From the human T2T-CHM13v2.0 reference genome, Homo sapiens, in NCBI RefSeq assembly GCF_009914755.1, contig NC_060930.1: a stretch of DNA of 64,000 bases; one strand, given 5' to 3'. Shown piece after piece: positions 29,731 to 44,240 of this stretch. Every line of letters starts with the position of its first letter. The stretch's first letter is position 1. Made by a program: the position numbers and the translations under genes. The notes beneath the pieces were generated by a model that did no database searches, had not been told where the DNA came from, and worked only from the letters and a program-made list of their open reading frames with translations.

Positions 29731-30277
29731 TGTGCCCGGAGTTTGTTCCTTCTGGTGGGTTCGTGGTCTCTCTGACTTCAGGAATGAAGCCACAGACCTT
29801 TACGGTGAGTGTTACAACTCTTAAAGGTGGTGTGGACCCAAAAAGTGAGCAGCAGCAAGATTTATTGTGGAGAGCGAAGGAACAAAGTCTCCACAGCGTG
29901 GAAGGGGACGCCAGTGGGTTGCTGCTGCTGGCTGGGGGTGGCCAGCTTTTATTCCCTTATTTGTCTCTGCCCATGTCCTGCTGATTGGTCCAGTTTACAG
30001 AGTGCTGATTGGTCCATTTTACAGGGTGCTGATTGGTCCATTTTACAGGGTGCTGATTGGTCCATTTTGCGAACCTCTAGCTAGCCACAGAGCGCTGATT
30101 GGTGCATTTTTACAGAGCACTGATTGGTGCATTTTACAAACCTCTAGCTAGCTACAGAGTGCCGATTGGTGCGTTTTTACAGAGCACTGATTGGTGCATT
30201 TTACAATCCTCTTGTAAGACAGAAAAGTTCTCCAAGTCCCCACTCGACCCAGGAAGTCCAGCTGGCTTCGCCTCTCA
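29731..30277 (-). mobile_element. LTR12-family (ERV9) solo LTR
   Basis: TG...CA ends; exact 4-bp TSD GTAG (29727-29730, 30278-30281); minus strand begins TGAGAGGCGAAGCCAGCTGGACTTCCTGGGTCGAGTGGG; eight CCAATC motifs in tandem units. Confidence 0.93.
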
Positions 30278-33200
30278 GTAGGACCTAGGTGGCCCAGCCC
30301 TACCTGTGGAATTTCTCATCAGGGAGGTAGTTGGGGGGTGGGGGCACGCATGTCATTGCTTCCTTGCTTCTGACTAGCGTCCCTGAATGAGAAGCAGTGC
30401 TCATCTAAGGGGATTCAGGCTTAGCACTTATTTTTTGAGTATTACCTGGTTTTCCTTCCCTCCACCCCTGCCCTGCAATGGAGTGCATACTTTTCCAAAA
30501 AACAAGCAAAAAACCAGAGTATCTATTTTCCTACCAGGTGTACTTTGGGTACATAGGGCCATGGACTACAAAACCAGGGGACAGAAGTATCTTTGCACCC
30601 TACAGTGTTCCTATAGGATGCTATCGCCTGCTACACTGCTAGCTGAAGGCAGGGAATATCTTCCTGTCTTCTATATGTACACCTGTACTTTAGAGGAGCT
30701 GGGTTTTATGCGTGATTTCTATCTGCTGGTCTAGACCACTGCTCAGGGTGGGGAAGACAGTTATAAAACAGGAGACGGCTACCTCCCCGACCCCTGATGG
30801 TCAGTGCAGAGAAGGCCACATGGGAAGAGTGGATACAAACAGTGCCAGCCACTAGCCAGGAGTCCCCTGGAGCTGGCATTGCAGCATTGCACAACAGAGG
30901 ATCCCCGAGACAAAAGCATCCAAACAGCACACCACGTTACATGTCAGCACTGCCGCAACTGTCACCAGGCCCTTCTGGGAACTGGGCAGAACTCAGGGCC
31001 CAAACATCACGTCAGAGGAAAACCTGGCATTTCCCTGGGATGGCGACAACAGAGCCCAGGCAAACTGCCAGAGGTAATGTCCCATCAGAGGTCACACTCC
31101 TGCATTTGGGGAGAGACCAAAGCTCAGCTGCATGTCTGTCCCTGAACTCTGCTTCATGCCACCAAAACCACAGCGGCAAGGCCAGAATCCTGGCCCCTCT
31201 ACAATTAGCTACAAGGTGATGCAAATGCTGAGGCTGATCCTTCCTGGGATGTGTGCTGGGGAATGAGCAAGTTCTTGATGGTGTGTTCACCACCTGCTCT
31301 GGGGGATACATATCTTTGACAAACTTTCTGGGGCAATCAGGCTGCCTGTTGTTATTTTACTCCTCCAGGGACACCTTTTTTCAAAGTCGACTTGAACCAG
31401 TTCTGGTTTTAATATTTGCTTTAATCAAATATAACTGAGCAGGCAAGCTCAGCAGAAACCTGCGGGAAAAAGGCACATCCCGAGTCTGCTCACCCATCCC
31501 CAGAAGACTTGTTTGCAGAGACTTAAAGATGGACGGCCTCCCTGGTTTTGCCTGTCACCTTCATCCGGTGATGACTGCCAGCACCCTGCTTGGTTGGACG
31601 GTACAGAGAATAATCACCCACACTAATCTGATTCTAGAAGTTCCTGACTTTGTGGGCTTCCAGATGGCGGGTAGCATTGAGATGTCACCACTCTGAGAGT
31701 TTCACAATTTCCAGAGCAACGAACACAGCAGAACCAGAGTCAAGGGTCCTGCACCAGAAATGCAACACTCAGAACTGGAAAGGGCTTCCAGAGTAGGAAC
31801 CAGAAGTCATACTTGTTTTTTTCTTTAAATTTAGGCTTGTAAAATGTGCTGATTGCTGGCCTCTTTAAATAAGTGGTCCAGGGGAGTCTGATGCTTTTTG
31901 GCATCAAATCGTCAGGAATGAACAACATCCCTTGATGAGATGCAATGAGTGCCCCTTCCCCGTTGGGCTCCCTCCTCTCGCCGACCCAGTGCTTTCCAGA
32001 AGTTTCTCTTGGACAGTCCCACATCCACCTGTTCCTGGCTGCATGCCATGGCTGGTGGCAGCTGTCCTACCTCTGCGCTCGTGGGCCAACATCTGGCTCA
32101 TGCAAGAAATGGTTGTGAATACCAACAGAGACAAACGAGGCAGACATCCCCGTCTGCACGGTTTCCCAGTACATGCTCTCCTTCACGCTCAGCATCCCAG
32201 GCATCCTTCCACGTTGGCACGCACAGACCCAACTGTCTCCTCCCAATGGCTGCAGTATGTTCCTCTGCTCACCTCCCTCAGGGAGCTGCTACGCGACATC
32301 CACGGACTTGTAAACACGTGGCCAGCAACACCCTCTCAATTTCCCAGGGCTTGGGAGCCTTCCAGGAATGATGTCACAGGCTAACGATATTGGGGTCATC
32401 GGTATACCAACATACCCAACTACCTGGGCTCCTTTGTCTCCCCCCACCCAGAAGTCAGGCTGAAGGGAGCCCCAAAATGGTGAGAGGGAAAAACATCGCC
32501 TTGAGCCACAGGGCCTGACAGGGCCTCAGCTGGGGCAGTGGGCCCGGTGCTCTGAGAATACTTGACCCTCGCCCAGCACACACGTCCTCATCCCAACCCC
32601 AGCCTCGGGAAGGCAGCAGCTCTGTTCCCAGAAGCCCTCAGGAAGAGCTGGTCATGGAGAGTGGAGGTGAGAGAGAACAGAGGGTGGGACATGGGCAGTC
32701 AGCAGTGGTGGGACAGGGGGCGGTGAGCAGGGAACAAGCAGTGCCCTGGTTAACGTGACTCACCCCCGAAGACACTGCTCCTAAGCTCTTCTGTAGGACC
32801 CCCACATCGCAGGATCTAGGAGACATCTGAGTATACGTATAAGCACTTCTGGGGGAAGGGGACCCTTGGCCGGGGTATAGGACAAAACTGACGTTCAGGC
32901 AGCATGCCCTGGCCTTGTGGTCAGAAGTTGAACAACTTCCAGCTGTTCCCACGGCCCCTACTTAATAAACTGCCCTCCTCCCTTTTCCCTCTCCTGGGGT
33001 GCCCTGGCTCCCATCTGGCCTGGTAGGCCACTGACATGCTGCTCTAGCGCGACCAGATTCCATTCTGAGGGGCCCATGCCGATGGCCCACGGCAGTTCAG
33101 TATTTTGAGTGTCACCTGTAGGGCGAGGACCTCGGAGTAAGAGTTTGGGCTGTCCCTGAAAAGGAAGCCATGGTCTGTGGTGACAGGCCACCATCGAGCC

Positions 33201-35829
33201 ACTCACAGTGTAGTTTTTCTCTAGCATTCTGCAGGGGAGATGCACGCACAGCTGCACAGAACAGCTGTGTGCTGCAAGAGGTGAAGATGACGTGGATGGG
33301 AGCCTCAGACGACACTGGGGTCTGGGAGGTGGGGAGCTGGGCCTCCTGTTTTCTGGTGCCAGTCCAACTGTGGTGGCTCTTTGGTAGTCCTCTGCTCTCC
33401 CAGGGCCGTGGAGAGGGCGGGCACACGCTCTCTCTTAGCAAGCTCACCTCCCAGGTCCCTGGGGCTGTCTTAGGGCCTGGGGAATTGGCTGGTGGCTCCA
33501 CAGCCCTAGTGTGGTCCCTGAGGCCCAGTTTACTGGACATACCTTCCAGTTAAACACCTAGAGGGAAAAGAACCCACTTGTAGGGCTCCACATACCGGCC
33601 CAGAAGCCTTGGCCTCCACACCAGAACATGTCCACTTTTCTCCTGCTGCTGCCCCCGCTGCTCTGTCTCAGGTGAAATTCCCACCTCGGCCTCCCAAAGT
33701 GCTGGGATTATAGGTGTGAACCACTGAGTCCAGCCTTACTTCCTAGTTTTTAGAAAATTTAGAGAAAAGGTTTCTTTCCTAGCAGACACAGGGCTGAGTT
33801 CTTATGTCCTTTGCTTCTTTGTTCTTTCTCCTCTTTTCCATTTCCGCCTTTTGCCTATGCCTCCGACTGGCCTAAAGTGTGACTTCAGAAATATTCATCC
33901 CTCATGGGTGGATCTCCAAGCGACAATCACCTCTATTCAGGGAGATGGGATTCGACTTCAATCACCATGATGGCAAGCAGGTAGCCATTTAACAAAGGAT
34001 CAACAGTGGGCGGCAGACTTCATCCTGACAGGGGCGGGCCCTCCAACCAGCAAGTGTCCCTGACCCACCTCCCTGCCCGGCTCCCTTGGCCAGCAGGGCT
34101 CAGACTGCAGTGGGTGCCGGCTTTACCGGAGGGCTCTCTGCCTCCCCAGAGATTATGAGTTAGCAGATCTGGGATAAGGCCGCAGACCATGCTCTGGAAA
34201 ACTGCTCCAGGTATTCACAACTGTGCCCTGTCACCATCCAGCACCAGCCACACTGGGTTGTGAGTATACTTTGTGTGGTTTCGGTGTTTGTCTCTGACAT
34301 GAGACTGTGAGCCCCCTGAAGTTGGGATGAGCCCATTTCATGTCCCCAGCACCTAGCAGTGCAGGGCTTCCCTCGTCTCCTAGTGAAACTATCCCTAAGA
34401 GGCTGGGAAGCCAGTCATCTTCATACAAGAACTGTGAGCATCTTCCTGGCCTTGCTGACGTGGCTGCTGCAGCCACGGTAAGGAGAAGGGGCCTGTGCCC
34501 CACCTTGCTGCACCTGCATGGCTGCTGAAGTCATCCCTCTAGAGACACATGCTCATCACATCAACCCATGGCCCAGAAACCTCCAGTGGTTTCTAGGATG
34601 GCTCACTCCTACGGAATCCTCATTCCCTGGCTGGGTGCCAGGCCCTCCCCCAGCTCTCCTCCCTCTTCCAATCAACTAGTCCTGGCCTATCACGTGCTTT
34701 GGTTGCCTCGACATGGAACCTTTGGTCTAGGCAGCCGGGATGGAGCCCATGACCCAGGCTGTGAGCAAACACCCCCATTCACCTGTCAGTTCCTCGAGCA
34801 CAGTGACCCTGGCCTGTTCCCAGTGCCTCGCGTGGTGCCTCAGCCACTCTGCTGGACGAAGGAATGAATTCCAAGAGAAGGAGTCACCTGTGTAAGGTCT
34901 CAGGGCAAGCCCTGGCAGAAGAGGAACAAGAATCCCAGAGTGGTCACCACACATGGAGTTGCCACAAGCCTGCAGCTGAGCCTGGCAGAGGGAGGCACCC
35001 CTCCCAGGAGCATTCTTCATGCTGTTTAGGGACAAGACGTTCTAATGTACTCATATGAACTAGGAAACTGAGATATCTGAGGGACTCAGCTCTTTTTAGG
35101 CAAAGCAAACCTTGAAGGCTTTGATGATAAGCTCAGTGAGAAAAGCTCTGGGTTTGCACTCTGACCTCTGAATCCCACAAACTCAGCCTGCAGTAAGTGG
35201 CTTTCCTTTGGACCCATTTCTGATGTGCGTTTTGGTTCAAACAAGGCGGCTGATCCACTTTTCTCAGCATCAAGACAAAGGGACACTGACTCTGGGTCTA
35301 ACCCTGAGGACACTGCCCATTGGTGGGACAAGACCTTCCTTCTGGGCAGTTTGCGAAGACATCGCCTTTCACCATGCACATGGTTTATTTCTGAATTAGA
35401 GTAATACGTTCCTGTCACTTACCTTTGGGACCCTATTATAGAAAGCTGCAGAGTTTACCACAAAGTTAAGCCCTTTAGATATGAAGATTATTTCCTTTAC
35501 TTTTTGATAGAAGTATCCTAAGCTCTTCTGATGCAGAACAATGACTCTTCCAGAGCTGTGCAAACACAAGGCTTCCTCTCCCTTGGAAGACAGTGATGAA
35601 AAACCTTCACATCCTTGGCCCTTTGCTAGTGACCTGGCCAGAGCCAGGCCACCAGCACCAACTGAGTATAATGCTCAGGGGAATGGAAACAAACCCTTCA
35701 AGACCCTGGGGAGATCGGCAGTGTAGTTGCTAGAAATGCTCAGGTATTTGAAGAATGCAGACAGCAGGCAGATAACAGCCCAGAGAAATGCATGAAAAAG
35801 CAACTGAAGTACAGTGCAAGAATGATTCT

Positions 35830-36800
<971 letters not shown>

Positions 36801-36844
36801 ATACAGGTTAAAAAGTCACTAAATATTTCGCAATTACAGCCCCA

Positions 36845-37160
36845 ATACTGTCTAGACTTGTGCTACTCCATTGGACATGTGGCTGTTTAGCACTTGAAAT
36901 ATGGCTGGTCCAAACAGAGATGTTCTATAAAGTATAAAATACAGACTGGGTTTCAAAGACTTAGTAAGAAAAAAAGGAAAATATGTTAATTTTTTTGTAT
37001 TGCTTAAATGACAATCTTTTAAATATACTGGGTTAAAGAAATTGTTATTAGAATTAATTTTGCCTGTTCTTTTTTGCTTTTTAAAATGTGGCAACTAGAC
37101 AATTACACATATAGCTTGCATTTATAGCTTACGTGATTTTTCTAATAGACAATGTGATCT
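36845..37160. mobile_element. MER33/MER3-like hAT-Charlie element
   Basis: CATGTGGCTGTTTAGCACTTGAAATATGGCT...TTTCAAAGACTTAGTA...AATGTGGCAACTAG. Confidence 0.75.
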
Positions 37161-38596
37161 GTATCATCCTTTTTTCATTTTTATTTATTTTTAGTGGGTT
37201 TTTTAAAACCTGTGATAAAAACAACATTGTTACATTACAATTTACCATTTTTAACCCTTGCTTTTAATTTTGAAATAAATATACATTCACAGGAAGTTGC
37301 AAAAAATAGTAGAGAGAGGGTCCCTGTACCCTTCACCCTATTTCCTCCAATGGAGACATCCTGCCGAATTATAGGATAGTATGAAACCCAGAAATTGACA
37401 TTTACACCATCCTTTACAATTTTTTTGGTGGTAGACAAATCAGCACCTGGACGAGGAAGAGTCTGGGCAGGCAATGGGAGAGGGTGTCTTACAGTTGTTG
37501 ATTTCTCTATAAAGCAAACTTGGTTCTGCTTGGATTAATAAAAATTAAGTGAAAATCCCAATTTAGGTTTCTTACTGTCTGCAGAGAAATATTTTATAGA
37601 AGCTGCCATAGTGAAGAGGACTGCAGTGATGACATTTATATCCTGGAAGCAGGGCACCCATCACCGCTCACACACCCTGCTCCCAGCTGTACACAGGGGT
37701 GATATGGAGTTGCAAAATAAGAATGCCCTGTGGCCTCGTAGATACAAATTGCGTCCCTAGCTCACCCCTCACTCAGGAGTAAATGGAACTACTGGGCTTC
37801 ATAGTGGTGGAGTACATCTCTTTGAAGAAAGTCAAAGTGACAAGGCTGCCTGGCTGACAGATGGCAGATAAAAAGGAGCCACCTTTAACTTCTTCCTCTT
37901 CAGGGAAGGAAATCATATCTGGAGATTTCAGTGCCCCTTGAGAGGAAGTGACAGTCACAAATACGTGCATTTGGAGAAGATGCTTCCCTCCTCTTTTCCC
38001 TCCTCATAACTATTTTGTGAACATGTCTCTTGAACCCTCTTACTGTTCTTTTGGTTTCCTCTTTGTCCACACTTCGATGTTCCCACAGGACTCTGGATAT
38101 GAACTACTACATGGGGTATGACCAAGCTCATCAATCTTGCTTTTATTTACATTTTTTTGTGTGAGGCCCCATGTCACCTGCATGACTAGGTGATGCCGCC
38201 AGCACCTGGAGGGAGCAGATGCTACCAGCAGAGAAGGGCCTGGGGCTTCTCTTGGGCAGCCAGTGCTTGGGCCTATGCCCTTCAAAGGCTTGACTTTGCC
38301 TCTCCAGAGCTTCTGATGTGCTCCTTACATATGCGCTTGCTCAAAAAACTGCTCAATCCCCCAAAGGACTTCTCTCCACGTGTGCACTGTCCCTGAGGGC
38401 TTAGAGGCTGCGAGCGGCCACAACCCTGCCTGCACCCCAGCTATGCTTCCAGGCCATCAGTGGCCACTGCACTTGATGGTGTGATCTTCGGACTGCGTCT
38501 ACCTGCTCCCGCACTCAGCTGGGGATATGGGAAATAGTGGCATTGGGCTCGCGGGCTGCCCTGAGACAACCCAGGTTTCTCCAAAGGATTACCCTG

Positions 38597-39083
38597 TGTG
38601 TTAGCTTCCTAATGCTGCAGTCAAAAATTACCCCCAAACAGGTGGCTTTGAACAACACAAGTTTATTCTCTTACAGTTATGGAGGCCAGAAGTCAAAAAT
38701 CAGTTTCACTGGGTGAAAGTCAAGGTGTTGTCAGGGCTGGCTTCTTCCCGAGGCTCTGGGGAAAATCTGTTTCCTTGTCTTTTCCAGCTTGTATGGCCTC
38801 CTGCGTTGCTTAGCCTGGGGTGCCTGCTTCATCCTCGAAGCAGCCGCTCTGATCTCTGCTTCTGCCACTTTCTCTCTCTGTGCAATCAAACCTCCCTCTG
38901 CCTTCCTCTTAGAAGAATAGTTGTGATTACAGTAGGGCCAATGTGGATAACCAAGGCTGATCTCCATCTTAAGGTCCTCATTTGATCATACCTGTGAAGT
39001 CCCTTTTGCCATCAAATGTAACATTCACAGGTCTCGGGGATTAGGATGTGGACGCCTTTGGGGGCCATTATTCAGCCTACCAG
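38597..39083 (-). mobile_element. MaLR LTR (MLT1C/D-like)
   Basis: AAGTTTATTCTCTTACAGTTATGGAGGCCAGAAGTC...GGGATTAGGATGTGGAC...ATTCAGCCTACCA. Confidence 0.85.
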
Positions 39084-40129
39084 ATCTTCCTTTATGGCTT
39101 TGTTGAAAACAATTATTTTTAAAAACGTAATGTATCTTACTGTGGAAAATGTGAAAATGTAGGACCTAGGACCATCCTTACTCCACCAGCCACACTGAAG
39201 GGAGGGAGAAGCGAGAGCGCAAAGCAGCCCAACAGGCCAAGTCAGAGAGATTCGTGCTGAGGTGAAGCAGGGGTGTGGACGGGTGGGAAGGCAGCTGTGC
39301 TGCAGAAGTCTTCATTCAAAGTTGGTAAGTACTTGGAATATGCTTTTCTTACAGATTATGTTCTAAATATGGATTAGATTCCCAGCTCTGGCTACAAAAA
39401 CTAATTAAATCTGAAATCTTTTTCATTAAGAGGTACTAGAGAGAGGAATTCTGGAACTGTGGAGCCCTGAATAGACTATGCTTCCCCTGTTCCCACCCCA
39501 GCGCTGGGGGAGACGCTGGTGTGAGTGAGGTCTTGGGCCTGGGCGTGGACTGCAGGGGGAGTTCATGAGAGCTTTCCTCCTGGTGGACCATGCAGGGCCT
39601 GGAGGCCAACGCTGGGATTCTGGGATTAGTGGGCCTGGAGGAGACGTGTGAGCCCTGGGAATCTGGCTGTCACTGCCTCCCAAGTGAGCTTTATCTGCCA
39701 AGCAGGGGCTAGAGAGCAAGGCTGTTGCTCCCTGTTCGTCAGGCTGGCATTGCACAGGGGACCTGGGAACAGGGAGACTGGCAGCTGCCGCCACTGCTGC
39801 CCCACTGGTCCTCCGGAGCAGGGAGCCACTCACGTTTACCACCTGCAGAACTGTAGGCACATGGGGTGCTGTAACAAGCAGACCTGGGCCCCAGTGAGAC
39901 GACAAAGAAATATTGCCTAAGGGAATCCAGGAGCCAGACAGAAAAACCTGAAACAAATGGCTGCTTCTAAAACTGCTGAGGAGAGGAAGACAACAAGTGG
40001 TACACAGCAAGAGCACTCAGAGACTCGGGAAAAACAACTAGTCAGCAATAAACTTCTTTATGAAATTTATGTCTAGGGAAACAGGTCTTGGTGGGAAAAA
40101 CTGGTATCCTCTTATACATAATAGTAAAA

Positions 40130-41010
40130 AATATATGCTTCTAATTATAAACATTGGGCTACAGAAGACAGTCATTAAGGGCACAGAAAAGTAGAATGGA
40201 ATTTCCAAACTGACAAAAGAGAGATAAACAGGGAATGAATAGTCACTTGATAAAAACCATTAAAAATAAGGAAAAGAGAGAACCAACTAAAATACATAAT
40301 AACATAAGACAGAATAAAATCAACTCCATCAGCCATAATATGAAATGTGAATGGACTAACTGGGAAAGGTAACAAAACAAGATGAAAACCCTTTAAACAA
40401 AAGTGGTAAAGGAAGACTGAAAATCAAGGGATGAGTTAAGATATACCGGGTATATATGCGGGGGAAAATTCTAGTTTATATTAATATTTGACAAGGCAGA
40501 ATTGAGTCTAAAACCTTCAAACTAAATAATGAGCAACATTTACAGACAGGATGCGGCAGTCATAAAGCTGTAAGCACTAAATAAGACTGTAGCGAAGTAT
40601 ATAAAACCTGAATTATTAGAAATAAAAGGAGAAACTGACAAAGGCAAAATGATGGTGGGGAGCTTTGATATTCCTCTTAAAAAGGTAATCACAGAGAATT
40701 TGAATAATACAATGGACAAACTAAATACACACACATGTATCTCAGAGAATACATGAAAAAAATTTGTGTCTGGCTGGGTGCAATGGCTCACGCCTGTAAT
40801 CCCAGCAGTTTGGGAGGTAAAGGCAGGAGGATCACTTGAGGCCAGGAGTTTGAGACCAACTTGGCCAACATAGCAACACCTCATCTCTTAAAAGAGAAAA
40901 AAGAAAATTGTGCCTGCAAAAAAGCTCCCTCCAAAGACAACAAAGAAAACATTGTCTGTAAGCCATTCACAAAAATTCATCAAGGACTAGGCCAAAAGAA
41001 AGTCTGAAAA
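40130..41010 (+). mobile_element. Degenerate L1M ORF2-region fragment with an Alu monomer (40771-40907)
   Basis: A-rich; AAATGTGAATGGACTAA, GACAAGGCAGAATT, AGGAGAAACTGACAAA. Confidence 0.65.
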
Positions 41011-42954
41011 GGCTCAAACCGGTAGATATTTTAATCTCTTCTATGGTAATTGGTCTATTCAAGCTTTCTATTCCTCAGGTTAATTTATTTTTTATTAGAT
41101 TTTCAAATTAGCTGCCACAGAGCTGTCCATAGCTTTTTGCTGTACCGTATCCTCACTGTGCAATCATTAAGAACGACATTATAGAAGAATATTTAAAGAC
41201 TTGGAAAATATGTTTTGTGAAAAGAAGCAGCAGGATACAACTCACGATTGAGAGGCAATCATTATATGCCTTGGCTTCATTATTTTATCCCTGACTTACG
41301 CCTTTATCTTTAAGCAGTCGTGGATCCCAGTTGACAGATCAAGACATATCAGCAGATCCTAACTTTTAACTTGGTTTAACCCGAAGCAAGTTTTCATGAT
41401 CGTACCCAATTCCTTGTTGCTTTCAGGACAGGCCCACAGAAAAGAAAAAGGGCATTTTTGCATCTCATCTCTTAACCTCCCTGCCTCTCAGGGATTAAGT
41501 TTGAGGATCACTTGCTTAATACATAAGCAATACATATTTAGGAAAGTGACATTTACTGGGCATGTGCTAAGCTTACATGCTTTACTTAGTTTCTCACCGT
41601 TTTTACCCTTGTCCTATGCAATACATAATATTCATATTTCCTTAGGAATGAGTATATGGAACTAGAGAAACTGAGTAACCTGTGTACATCTGCACAATTG
41701 GTAAATGAATTATGGAGCTGAGATACTCCTTTCTAGGTCTTCTGACTTCAAAATCTAGCACTTAAAAAAAACAAAAACAAAAACAGAAACTACAACACAC
41801 CTCCTCTGAAAGAATGTCTTCTATTCTTTCTAATTAACATTTTAAACGAAAATCCCATGCTTTCAAAGAGAAGAGTACCCAGCCTGTGCTACAAAAGGCT
41901 GAGAGTGAAAGTGGGAGGTTTGATTTCCAAGTTTAATTTGTAGTTCTGCTCCAGGAGCACATCTCAGCTACAGTTGTTTTCAGAAATGTGAGTTCAGGAT
42001 ATTAACGAGTAATGCTGAGCAAAGAAAATCACAAGCCAACCACCTCTTGGATCACATAAGTGGAACTTACCTTTGTGAAGCACCATGGGGAGCCGTAAAC
42101 CCCTTGCCCAGTTTCTTTTGAGTTTATTCAGATTTAGCCAGAAAAGGAAGCTGGCTGAAGCAAAAGAGAACTAGAACTCCCATCTCCGTTTAACCTATTT
42201 GCAACTCTGCCAAGGCTGCAGAGCCAGCAGCAGCTGTGGCCTATCAGTGCTCATGAGAAGTGAGTCTTGCAAGGAAATGACATTTCCTTCCCAGGGTAGG
42301 GAAGCACGCACTGCTGAGATTCTACGGGTATGACGGCAGCACCAGCCACTGCAGGACATAGATGACTAGAGAAGGTTCGCCCGCCTCCCCAAGGAATCAG
42401 GACTGGTTACTTTGTCTCTTTTTGTTACTGTTGTTGTGTTGGGCAGGGTGTGTGTGCTGGGCAGCCTGAGGGCCACTTGTCCCCGTGCTGCCATCTCACG
42501 GGTGAGGCTATGGGTGGCACTGTTTTACACATCTATATGGTAGCTAGAAATAGAGGGCTCTTTCCTCTCACATAAAAGCAAAATCAAGATGATCGATCGT
42601 TTTCTTCTTAGGTTTTCCTAAATTTTATTTTCTAAAAAAGGAGAGAACATTTTTTGTGACTGTAGGCAGCAGATTCCTGACAGCGTCTGCTGTCTGACAG
42701 GAGTGCAAAAGACATAGTTATCCTTTAGAATACAGAAGCAAACTTGCACGGGCTTAAATCTAGCACGCCACCACCACCTGTGAGGAAGGCTCCAAAGACA
42801 CGATCCTGACCCGTCCAGCCTCTGTCAATGATTCCAAACCTTGCGTGTACACTGGCATCCCTTGGAGGGCTTTAGAATATTCTGATGGTCGGGTCACACT
42901 TAAGAGATTATTAATTACTTGGTCTGGGGTGTTTTTATACATCAGAATTATAAA

Positions 42955-43540
42955 AAATTGTGGTAAAGTTCACATAACATAAAATCATTTAAACCACTTC
43001 AAAGTGCGTAATTCAGTGGTATTAAGTACCTTCACAATTGTACAATCATCAACACTATTTAGTTCTGGAAATTTTCATCACCCCCAAAAGGAAACCCCAT
43101 ACTCATTAAGCAGCCCCTCCCTGTTTTCTTATTTTCCCAGCCTCTGGCAACCACTAATCTATGTTCTGTTTCTATGGGTTTCCGTAGACATGCAGATGAA
43201 ATCATATAATATGTGGCTTTTGTGTCAGGCTTCTTTCATTTACCGCAGTGTTTTCAAGGTTCATCCAGGTTGTAAACACGCATGAGTACTTTGTGACTTC
43301 TAAGGATGAATAATATTCCATTGCGTGGAAATACCACATATTGTTGACCCTTTCCTCAGCTGAAGGATATTTGGGTTGTTTCCATCTTTTGGCTATTGAA
43401 AATAGTGCTGCTGCGAACATACGAATACAAGACTGTGTCTGAACCTGTTTCCATTCTTTTGGAGTGAAATTGCTGGGTCATATGGTAATTCTATGTTTAA
43501 CTTATTGAGGAAGTGACAAGCTGCTTTCCACACATGTCAG
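42955..43540 (-). mobile_element. L1M (MB/ME-like) 3' region
   Basis: TAATATTCCATTGCGTGGAAATACCACA...TTGGGTTGTTTCCATCTTTTGGCTATTG...GCTGGGTCATATGGTAATTCTATGTTTAAC. Confidence 0.88.
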
Positions 43541-44240
43541 GATTTTACAAGCTTCCCAGGTGAGTGTAATGTCTGGCCAAGGCTAAGAACCTAGTTGGTT
43601 AAGATAGAGCTTTCGGTTTTTACGTAAGATAAGCAAGAAAACCAAGATAAAATCAGCAAAATCCAGACAAAAGAACTGACTTCTTCAGCAAAGAAATTAT
43701 AAGGAAAAAGTAGAGCAAGGAAGAAAAAAAGATACAGATGGGGCCTATAGATTTCTTTTAAAGACAGATTACAGACAGATCACCCAGTTTGAAGATTGGT
43801 GATATTTGTGAGACATTAAAATTTAAACACTTTGTATTTGATGATATTAAGGAATTAGCATTATTTTGTTAGTTATGATAATGGTATCATAGCTATGTTT
43901 TAAAAAGAATCATCTTTTCAGATATGTACCAAAATAGTTTAATATGAAAACGAATACACAGTTTCTCAAAACAATACGGGAGAGCATGGGTAGGCGTAAG
44001 GATGAAAAATACCATCTATTGATATTACAGAGTATCTAACTCTTAAAGATGGGTGATGGATACACAGGACTCATTTGACAATTCTACATACTTTTGTATA
44101 TTTTCACATTTTTCCATAATAACAGGTTAAACAGCAAAAAGTCTTCGTCATTGCAACTAACAAATTGGGGAAAATGTCATCAAATGTCTATTTAAGAGAT
44201 CTCATCCCTATTCCTTCTCCTTCCTCTCCCTTGGTAACCG

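Noticed and set aside
35423-35445. YNRVPK resembles the PAPS-binding motif of HS2ST1/UST sulfotransferases
   Set aside because: Six-residue match with no flanking similarity.
39426-40016. Longest ORF in the track (196 aa, minus)
   Set aside because: Non-ATG start, low-complexity S/P/L/R composition, no recognisable domain or exon boundaries; expected by chance in GC-rich DNA.
42071-42100. GSPWCFTK resembles a kringle-domain motif
   Set aside because: That frame has a stop just upstream within the candidate exon, and no other kringle cysteines are present.
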